Source: an uncultured Methanosarcinales archaeon (GTDB taxonomy: Archaea > Nanobdellota > Nanobdellia > Woesearchaeales > GW2011-AR9). Taken from it: a stretch of DNA of 64,000 nucleotides. This document shows positions 56,810-64,000 of the stretch, piece after piece (within the stretch, counting starts at the first letter, position 1; every line of letters begins with the position of its first letter). The notes below the pieces were generated by a model. That model was given only the letters and a program-made list of their open reading frames with translations. It was not told the origin of the DNA and made no database searches. The stretch covers positions 224,001 through 288,000 of the forward strand of contig CAYFMJ010000001.1 of the NCBI GenBank assembly GCA_964344235.1, read 5' to 3'. The position numbers and the translations under genes are program-made.

Positions 56810-56814
56810 ATATT

Positions 56815-58095
56815 ATGGAAGCTGAAGGGAAGAAAAAAGTATGCATTGTAGGGTTAGGATACGTTGGTTTACCTCTAGCTAGTTTAAGTTCACGATATTT
56901 CTCAGTTACAGGATTTGATATTAATACCGATAAAGTTACAATGATTCAGCAGGGAAAATGTCCGATTGATGACACGTATACAAAAACGGTCTTTGAAGGG
57001 GGAAGTTTTGTTGCAACAACTTCTCCCGAAGTAATTAAAGATGCAGAGATTATTGTTGTGTGTGTGCCGACCCCTGTTGATGAGAAACATCATCCTGATT
57101 TAAGTCCATTGGAATCAGCAATGGGAATGGTTGCTGAACATTTGTGTAGAGGGCAGTTAGTGATTGTTGAATCCACTATTTACCCTGGCACGATGGAGGA
57201 AGTTGTTATCCCTATTTTGGAGGGTTCTAGGTTGCAGGCAGGCAGAGACTTTGGCGTTGCATATTGTGCAGAGAGAATTGATCCTGGAAATGAAAAGTGG
57301 GTGTTGGGGAATATTACAAGAGTATTGGCAGGCTTGACGACGGAGGATGCAGAGCGGGCTAAACAATTTTATCAAACGTTTATTGATGCCGAGGTAAAAG
57401 TTTTGGGTGCGTTAAAATCAGCAGAAGCTGTGAAGATCTTAGAGAACACGTTCCGTGATGTTAATATCGCGTTCATCAATGAGATGGCGAAGAGTTTTGA
57501 TGAATTAGGAATTAATTTGTTAGAAGTAATTGAAGGAGCGGCTACAAAACCATTTGGGTTTATGCCTTTTTACCCTGGTCCGGGAGTGGGAGGACATTGT
57601 ATCCCTGTTGATCCGTATTATTTAATTGAGAGGGCAAAGCAGAAAGGGTTTGATCATGAATTTTTGAACTTAGCACGTCGGATTAATCTTTCTATGCCAA
57701 ACTACGTTGTTCAAGTGTTACAGGAGGCATTGAATGAAATGGGGTTAGCGTTGTCTAATGCCCGCATTGGTGTTTTGGGGCTAGCATATAAGAAAGGAAT
57801 TGATGATGTGAGGGAAAGCCCCGCAGTGAAAATTGTGGAACGGTTGAAGTGTAAGAAAGCATCTATTGAGGTGTTTGATCCATACTTGCTTGGACAATCA
57901 ACGGTAGATAATGCGGTTGAATTATTTGGGAAAGTGGATGTTGTTCTTTTGCTGACAAACCATGATGAATTTAATGACTGTGAAGAAAAATTAATTTCTG
58001 CGGGGATTAAAGTGGTCGTTGATACGCGCAACCTTTTGAATCCTCAAACACTGAAACGTGCAGGAGTTGTCTACAGAGGGATTGGTAGAAATTAA
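56815..58095 (+). CDS. Nucleotide-sugar dehydrogenase (WecC/WbpA-like)
   Basis: GLGYVG, CVPTP, ESTIYPG, ERIDPG, KILENTFRDVNIA, GVGGHCIPVDP. Confidence 0.9.
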   Translation: MEAEGKKKVCIVGLGYVGLPLASLSSRYFSVTGFDINTDKVTMIQQGKCPIDDTYTKTVFEGGSFVATTSPEVIKDAEIIVVCVPTPVDEKHHPDLSPLESAMGMVAEHLCRGQLVIVESTIYPGTMEEVVIPILEGSRLQAGRDFGVAYCAERIDPGNEKWVLGNITRVLAGLTTEDAERAKQFYQTFIDAEVKVLGALKSAEAVKILENTFRDVNIAFINEMAKSFDELGINLLEVIEGAATKPFGFMPFYPGPGVGGHCIPVDPYYLIERAKQKGFDHEFLNLARRINLSMPNYVVQVLQEALNEMGLALSNARIGVLGLAYKKGIDDVRESPAVKIVERLKCKKASIEVFDPYLLGQSTVDNAVELFGKVDVVLLLTNHDEFNDCEEKLISAGIKVVVDTRNLLNPQTLKRAGVVYRGIGRN

Positions 58096-59897
58096 TCTTT
58101 GTAGTATAAAATATCGCTCGGATCGTGTCTGTATAATCTTTCCCCTAACCGTTTCTGATCAAAGATGTGGCCAATAATACCAATACTTCGCGCTAATGCA
58201 AAAAGGCCGTTCATATAACCAATAGAAATGATTTGCTCGATCTCTTCTTCTGAGAATGCTTGTGAAGACGTGAGTGCGTCGAGGAATACTGCGGCCATAC
58301 ACCCGTCGACGTTTAGAATTAAGTTTTCTGTTTTTTGCAATGTTAGTTGTTCCACTTGTAATGTGTAGGTAAGGTGTGGGGTTTGCGGAATGTTTTCTTT
58401 TGCAAAAGTCGTGAGGATTGCAACTCTTTTGTCAGGGTTCTTTTTTGATTTTGTTCTGTGACCAATACCAGGAATAGGTATGTTTTGCTGTTTCATCTCT
58501 TGGATGAATTGTTGTGGAGAGGTTTGAGCGTCAACAGCTTGTTTGAAGTAACGGCAGGCGGCGTCAGTTGCACCGCCAAAGCGTGGACCGATGGTTAGTA
58601 GTCCCGAACAGAGGGAAGATATAACATCTTTACCAGCTCGTGAAGCAACGATGGCGTTGTGAGCTCCAGATACGGCAGGACCATGGTCTGCAGTGAGTTT
58701 TATGCAAAGATCGAGAAACTGTGTGAAATATTCAGGAAGTTCTTTTTTGAACCAGAGGTGGCCAATAATGTTGCCAATAGACGCATTTTGCTCAACTAAT
58801 TGGGAGAGAGGAACATTGTTGTAGGTTGGCTCTTCTCCCCTGTCATCAGAGATTGTTGAAGTGATATGCGTGGGTTTTCTTTCTGGAATACTTATGGCTT
58901 CTACTGAGTTCGGTTGGTTCATGTCAAGCTCAGACTGCTGTATTTTTTTAAACGTTTCTTGAATGGTTGTTTCGAATGTTTCGAATGATTCCGGGACGAT
59001 AATGCCTGCTTCTCTGAGAGCGTTATTTTTTGCTTCTGCACTTTCTTTCTCATCTCCTGCTTTCGCGCCAGCATGACCAAACTGCACCTGCCAGGGGAAT
59101 AACGAGGCAGAGGTTCCAGAGACCCACATGACGAGTGGTTTAGTTATTTTTCCCTGCCGCTTAGCTTCTGCGATTTCATACTCAGCAGTACCGCCGATCT
59201 CTCCGAGTGCTATGATAAGTTTAATGTTGGGATTGGCTTCGTAGCGGAGGATATGTTGAAGAAGCGTTGACCCGGGAAATTGGTCACCACCAATAGCAAC
59301 ACCTTCGTAAATTCCATCCGTTGCCCGAGAGATTATGTTGAAGAATTCATTCATCATGCCAGCAGAACGTGAAATTAGGCCAACACTTCCCGGTTTGTAC
59401 AGATTAGCTCTAAGAATATTCTCGTTCATTCCACCAGCGTGTCCTATTCTGAATTGACCTGCGACAATCCCTCCAACTGTTGCGGGGCCGATAATTGTTT
59501 TGCTATGTTGACTTGCAAGTGCAATCAGCTCTTTACTTTGCCTTTCAGGAATGCCTTCAGCGACAATTGTTATTGTTTGAATTGTTGGCACGAGAATTGC
59601 TTCCTTTGATGACTGGAATGAAGACCTGAATGAAGCGAAGTTAATGAATGATGTTGTGTTGGGGTGTTTTGTTGCGGCAGTTGTTATTGAAGAGTAAACG
59701 GGGATGAGGATCTCTTTCTCACCAAAGAATGCTTTGTGATGACCAGTTCTTCCAGGATGAATAATTGCAGAGATGCTTGGGGTTTCTCGTTGTGACAGAT
59801 AATCAAAATCTAACATTCGCTGAATTGGCTTCGCTTTGAGGTTGTAGAAAAATGTGGTTGTTGTTCTATTGAATAATTCATATGGTTGTAACGTCAT
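58092..59897 (-). CDS. aclA: ATP-citrate lyase alpha subunit
   Basis: IIGPATVGGI, GVAIGGD, QFGHAGA phospho-His, DHGPAVSG, IGPRFGGA, IPGIGHR citrate-synthase-like domain. Confidence 0.93.
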   Translation of the reverse strand: MTLQPYELFNRTTTTFFYNLKAKPIQRMLDFDYLSQRETPSISAIIHPGRTGHHKAFFGEKEILIPVYSSITTAATKHPNTTSFINFASFRSSFQSSKEAILVPTIQTITIVAEGIPERQSKELIALASQHSKTIIGPATVGGIVAGQFRIGHAGGMNENILRANLYKPGSVGLISRSAGMMNEFFNIISRATDGIYEGVAIGGDQFPGSTLLQHILRYEANPNIKLIIALGEIGGTAEYEIAEAKRQGKITKPLVMWVSGTSASLFPWQVQFGHAGAKAGDEKESAEAKNNALREAGIIVPESFETFETTIQETFKKIQQSELDMNQPNSVEAISIPERKPTHITSTISDDRGEEPTYNNVPLSQLVEQNASIGNIIGHLWFKKELPEYFTQFLDLCIKLTADHGPAVSGAHNAIVASRAGKDVISSLCSGLLTIGPRFGGATDAACRYFKQAVDAQTSPQQFIQEMKQQNIPIPGIGHRTKSKKNPDKRVAILTTFAKENIPQTPHLTYTLQVEQLTLQKTENLILNVDGCMAAVFLDALTSSQAFSEEEIEQIISIGYMNGLFALARSIGIIGHIFDQKRLGERLYRHDPSDILYYKD

Positions 59898-61123
59898 GAG
59901 AGATCACTCTCCGCTATTTGAATGATTTTGGGCATTGATGTTTCTGGGCCATGCACTTCTATAGGGATCTGTAGGTTTGTGACAGTTTCTTTGATCTGGC
60001 GTAAGCCTTGTTCGTAATTTGGGCCACCTCTTCTGACGAAAATTTTGATATTTTGTTCTTTAAGTTGTTGTGCGTGCTCTTCAATGGCTTGGATAAACCC
60101 TTTAAACGTGTCTTTAACATCAGTGAAGTTAGCGATACCACCAACGATGAAGAGAATTTTTCCATTATTCTTTAGCATCATGGAAATAATGGATTTTGCA
60201 TATTCGTATGACTCCTGTGTTGAGGGGTTACCGCTGGATTCTCCATAATTAGCGATTTGATCCCCCTTGCCAAGATTAGCAATCATATCAAGATAGATAA
60301 TACTTGCTCCGCCACCTCCAAGGACGTTCCAAATCGTTCCCTGTTGGTTGAGGACGCTTAGCTTTAACGATGCCCCACTATTTCTATCGAGGTTTTCAAT
60401 GTATTCTTCTTCTGGAAATGGTTGTTTGCCAAACTCTTTTGGAAGTTCGGGGGAGATGTGGTTCTTGAATAATGAACAGCTGTCAATCTCTGCGACAGTG
60501 TCAAGTAAGTAAATGGTGTTTGTTGCTTCTTGTATGGTGAATGGGTTAAATTCAAGATAAGTAAAGTCAAGCGTGCGGAATTGTGAGAGGGCCTCTTTAA
60601 TGAATGATTGAATTGTTGGGTTTGTCGTGAGTTGTGATAGGTTGTCTGTTGTTAGTTCAGAGAGTGTTGGTACATAGACCGTTTTCACAGCATCCCAGTT
60701 TTCTTCAATATTAATTCCTCCCGTTTCTGAGAAATGAATTGTGTCGTGATCCCGTTCTGATTTTATTGCAAGATAATATTCTTTGTCATGTGGGATGAAT
60801 GGTTCGATAATGAAATGGGTTAATGTGTCGGTTGCTTTATCGATAGTAACTTGTTTGTGTTGGTGTTCTGTGATGAATTGTTTCACTTCTTCGAATGACT
60901 TGTTTGCTAGTACAAGTCCATATTTGCCTCTCTTGCCAAATAATTGGTCTGGTTTTACAACGAGGTTTGTGCTAAGAAGCCAGGGATGTTGCTCTGGAAG
61001 TGAGGCGAGGTTGGTTTCGGGAGTAATGGCAACTAGTTTAATGGCTAATGTGAAGCAGTTTTGTAGTATGTTTTGGAGAATAATCTGCTTTGCATCGTAC
61101 TCCCTAATTTTCTTCCTAGCCAT
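59894..61123 (-). CDS. aclB: ATP-citrate lyase beta subunit
   Basis: KIREYDAK, KPDQLFGKRGK, GGGAS, NYGE.SG.P, GGIANFTDV, RRGGPNY. Confidence 0.93.
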   Translation of the reverse strand: MARKKIREYDAKQIILQNILQNCFTLAIKLVAITPETNLASLPEQHPWLLSTNLVVKPDQLFGKRGKYGLVLANKSFEEVKQFITEHQHKQVTIDKATDTLTHFIIEPFIPHDKEYYLAIKSERDHDTIHFSETGGINIEENWDAVKTVYVPTLSELTTDNLSQLTTNPTIQSFIKEALSQFRTLDFTYLEFNPFTIQEATNTIYLLDTVAEIDSCSLFKNHISPELPKEFGKQPFPEEEYIENLDRNSGASLKLSVLNQQGTIWNVLGGGGASIIYLDMIANLGKGDQIANYGESSGNPSTQESYEYAKSIISMMLKNNGKILFIVGGIANFTDVKDTFKGFIQAIEEHAQQLKEQNIKIFVRRGGPNYEQGLRQIKETVTNLQIPIEVHGPETSMPKIIQIAESDLS

Positions 61124-61137
61124 AGAGGATTTTTTAG

Positions 61138-61446
61138 ATGGCGTATTTAAATAGATTCTGGAAGAATGTTATGGATTCAGAAAATATTAAAAGAGAAGGG
61201 AGTTTGGGCAGTAGAATGGTTTCAGATATTGAGGCAACAATGGAGATGGTTCTGCCAGTCCTTGTAACAGATGTAATGCAAGCTCTTGAAGAGCAAGGAA
61301 AGCATCCAGAAGCGGACTTTACACAGCGGTTACGGGTGGCGTTGTTACGGGTTGTGCCTAAATATCCAGAGATTGAACAGGACGTTTGGGAACCAGGGAA
61401 GAAGCAGGCACTGATTAGTGAGTTGTGTGAGCTGATTGAATTATAA
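61138..61446 (+). CDS. Hypothetical protein
   Basis: 102-codon ORF filling the gap before uppP; start uncertain. Confidence 0.45.
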   Translation: MAYLNRFWKNVMDSENIKREGSLGSRMVSDIEATMEMVLPVLVTDVMQALEEQGKHPEADFTQRLRVALLRVVPKYPEIEQDVWEPGKKQALISELCELIEL

Positions 61447-61447
61447 G

Positions 61448-62206
61448 ATGGTTTCGATATTGGAAGCAATCATTTTGGGAATTGTGCAGGGAATAACAGA
61501 ATGGGTGCCGATAAGTTCTAGTGGCCATTTGGTGTTGTTTGAAACGTTATTTGGTGTACAGCAACCAATTATTTTTGATGCGGTATTACATCTAGGAAGT
61601 TTAGTAGCGGTATTATTTGTCTTCTGGAAAGATATTATGCGTTTGATTCGAGGTTTTTTCCGATGGGAGAAGTTTTATGTGCGATATGTGTTGTGGTTAG
61701 CAATAGCTTCAGTACCGATTGCAGTTGTTGGTTTATTGTTTAATACACAGATTAAAGCAGCGTTTCATAACTTAACTGTTGTAGGAATTTCATTTCTGTT
61801 TACAGCGTTAGTGTTGTTTTTATCCCGGTTTGCGCGAAGTAGTGGAAGAAAGTTGGGTTGGCGTTCTGTGATTATGATGGGAATTATGCAAGCATTTGCG
61901 TTGCTGCCAGGGGTGTCCCGTTCAGGAATGACGATTGCGACAGGGTTACGACATGGCGTAAAACAGCAGGACGTGGCTCGGTTTTCGTTTTTATTGTTTA
62001 TCCCAGCGGTTGTTGGCGCAACGGTTTTGGAGATTGGGAGTATTGGCGAGGTGACAAACGTCGTTGCATTGGGTGTTGGTACGTTGGTTACAGTTATTGT
62101 GGGAATTATCACGTTACAGTTATTGTTGAACATTATTAAGAATCAGAAATTTCATTATTTTGGTTGGTATTGTTTGGTTTTAGGAATTATAGTGTTGGTT
62201 TTGTAA
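61448..62206 (+). CDS. uppP: Undecaprenyl-diphosphate phosphatase (BacA/UppP)
   Basis: LGIVQGITEWVPISSSGHL, PGVSRSG. Confidence 0.93.
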   Translation: MVSILEAIILGIVQGITEWVPISSSGHLVLFETLFGVQQPIIFDAVLHLGSLVAVLFVFWKDIMRLIRGFFRWEKFYVRYVLWLAIASVPIAVVGLLFNTQIKAAFHNLTVVGISFLFTALVLFLSRFARSSGRKLGWRSVIMMGIMQAFALLPGVSRSGMTIATGLRHGVKQQDVARFSFLLFIPAVVGATVLEIGSIGEVTNVVALGVGTLVTVIVGIITLQLLLNIIKNQKFHYFGWYCLVLGIIVLVL

Positions 62207-62263
62207 TTGGGCATCTTACCTCTCGTGCGCAATCTTTAAATAGCAGGGTTTTCTCTTTGTTGT

Positions 62264-62857
62264 ATGGGCAGGAAGAAGCGATTTAAAGTTGATTCTAAGA
62301 AGGCTATGGCGTGGTTTGTCATTTTCATCATGGCTTTTGGGGTTCTCGGTTTAGTTGGCGGGGGACTTGTCGGCTTAGGCAATGGTCAGGATTCTGCATA
62401 TGGTGTGGAGGAGTATAACGGTTTTACGTTTACAAGAGATTATAATCATCAATGGATTGTGGAAGTCAATGGACAGAATTTTGGGTTTAGCTATTTCCCA
62501 ACAGAATTAGAAAATATTATTTTGCCCGAGACAATGTCTGGTGTACTGGGTGCTGAGAAAGTGTATCTTGGTTTTATGCCAGAGGATGAAATCGATGTGA
62601 CATTGTATCGAAATGTGTTGCGGTCAGTGCTGGCGTTACGGGGCAAATTTGCTCCCGATGCGTGTATGGTAGATGAGGGGTGTGGTGATCTTCCGCTGCT
62701 GGATTGTGAAGTAAGCGAAGGGATTGTGTTACAGCATAGTGAGGATGTCGTGTTGAGTTCTGAGGGCAAATGCGTGGTTGTTGAAGCACCAAATGCATTT
62801 GAGTTGCAGAAAATAACAGAAAGGATTATATATACGTTTCTTGGTGTGATGAATTAG
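62264..62857 (+). CDS. Hypothetical single-TM protein
   Basis: Basic N-terminus, TM, YNGFTF, Cys-containing C-terminus. Confidence 0.55.
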   Translation: MGRKKRFKVDSKKAMAWFVIFIMAFGVLGLVGGGLVGLGNGQDSAYGVEEYNGFTFTRDYNHQWIVEVNGQNFGFSYFPTELENIILPETMSGVLGAEKVYLGFMPEDEIDVTLYRNVLRSVLALRGKFAPDACMVDEGCGDLPLLDCEVSEGIVLQHSEDVVLSSEGKCVVVEAPNAFELQKITERIIYTFLGVMN

Positions 62858-62868
62858 GGTGGTTTTAC

Positions 62869-64000
62869 GTGGATGATTCTGAAATCCGTGAAAAGAGAGA
62901 GAAATTAGTACAAAATTTTAAAGGTTTCTTTAGTTCTGCCAGTGAGAATGAAGCTGATCTTAAAGAACAACGGGAAAAAGTTATAGGTACTCTAAAACAG
63001 AAAACACATTGGCTGATTGGTTTAGTATTGGTAGGAATTATCTGGTTTACTTCAAAGTTGCGATTACAAAACTTACCTCTTCTGAAAGATATTACAACGG
63101 GAAAAGAAGTGCCACTGGCGCTGGATCCACATCTATTTTTGAAATACGCACGGCAAATTGTTGAGAATGGAGCGATGGTTGCACATGATGCTGCACGGTT
63201 TGTTCCAGTAGGGACGTCCACAGTGAATTATGTGTTTATGAGTTCATTTATTGCGTATTTGTATAAATTTATTCATTTCTTTTTCCCGTCTGTGACGTTG
63301 GAATATGTTACAGTTATTTATCCTGTTATCTGTTTTGCAATAGCGTTGGGCTTCTTCTTTTTACTTGTGAGAAGATTATTTGATTGGAAAGTGGGTTTGC
63401 TAGCAACTCTATTCTTAGGGGTTGTACCTGCGTTTTTACACAGAACGATGGCTGGTTTCTCTGACCACGAGGCGTTAGGTGTTATGCTGATGTTTATGGC
63501 GATGTATTTCTATGTGTTGGGTTGGCAGGCAAAAGGTATGAAGAAGACACTTGGGTGGGGTGTTTTAGCTGGATTGTTTACAGGTTTCATGGGTCTAACG
63601 TGGGGTGGTTGGAAGTTCTTAATCTTGATCATTAGTATCTTTGTGTTGATTGAATTTTTCTTCGATAAGATTGGGAAAAAAGATGTATATCAATATGTGG
63701 CGTGGGTTGTTGCTCTTGTTCTTGTGACAACAGTGTGGATCCCAATGTTTAGTATTAGTTTATTGTTGAGTTCGTTTACTACGGGGATTGCGTTTTTGGT
63801 ATTATTTATGTTGTTAGTTCATTTGGCTATTGTGAAGTATAATGTGTTAAGGATTAAGCAAAAGGTTGCAGGGAAAATGCCATTAAGTGTGGCGACGTTT
63901 GTGATTAGTTTTGTGTTGGGAATTCTGTTACTTGGAGTGATTGTAGGACCAAGTGCGCTTTCTCATAAAGTAGAAGAGATTAGTGACAATTTATTACATC
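62869..64000 (+). CDS. aglB: Oligosaccharyltransferase AglB (STT3), 5' part, runs off the window
   Basis: GTG start; translated by hand: LALDPHLFLKYARQIVENG and HRTMAGFSDHEALG; multi-TM. Confidence 0.88.
   Translation, partial: MDDSEIREKREKLVQNFKGFFSSASENEADLKEQREKVIGTLKQKTHWLIGLVLVGIIWFTSKLRLQNLPLLKDITTGKEVPLALDPHLFLKYARQIVENGAMVAHDAARFVPVGTSTVNYVFMSSFIAYLYKFIHFFFPSVTLEYVTVIYPVICFAIALGFFFLLVRRLFDWKVGLLATLFLGVVPAFLHRTMAGFSDHEALGVMLMFMAMYFYVLGWQAKGMKKTLGWGVLAGLFTGFMGLTWGGWKFLILIISIFVLIEFFFDKIGKKDVYQYVAWVVALVLVTTVWIPMFSISLLLSSFTTGIAFLVLFMLLVHLAIVKYNVLRIKQKVAGKMPLSVATFVISFVLGILLLGVIVGPSALSHKVEEISDNLLH

Noticed and set aside
1065-63221. The many short ORFs in the track overlapping confident genes in other frames or antisense
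   Set aside because: Shadow ORFs without motifs or RBS
1-64000. CRISPR array, cas genes, transposases or integrases
   Set aside because: No regularly spaced repeats and no such motifs seen

Overview
Archaeal chromosome segment. Archaeal ribosomal proteins, pelota, Cbf5, thermosome, AglB, TATA promoters and BHB tRNA introns support this. The gene content and many ORFans suggest a DPANN lineage such as Woesearchaeota (inference). The backbone is housekeeping: end of the spc cluster (L19e to L14e), pheS/pheT, S3Ae, Cbf5, L31e/L39e/S19e, L35Ae, HerA, thermosome, hisS, map, 5S rRNA, nucleotide-sugar genes, ATP-citrate lyase, uppP and a partial aglB. The most unusual region is 45.7-53.6 kb. It holds two different intron-containing tRNA-His(GUG) genes (one with two BHB introns), a frameshifted ORF resembling a class Ic aaRS/cyclodipeptide-synthase catalytic domain, an amino-acid racemase and HisRS. 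It is bracketed by two unrelated LAGLIDADG genes that share an identical 17-bp motif exactly 14 bp upstream of TATAAATC. Elsewhere there are two copies of a covarying three-way-junction RNA-like element (6003-6126, 42404-42531), a long hairpin after secY, a hidden frameshifted receiver-domain gene, a truncated pyrD, a GCS2/GATase-II/degenerate C39 cluster and a PgsA-DAG kinase fusion. All family calls are by-eye motif recognition; no searches were run.
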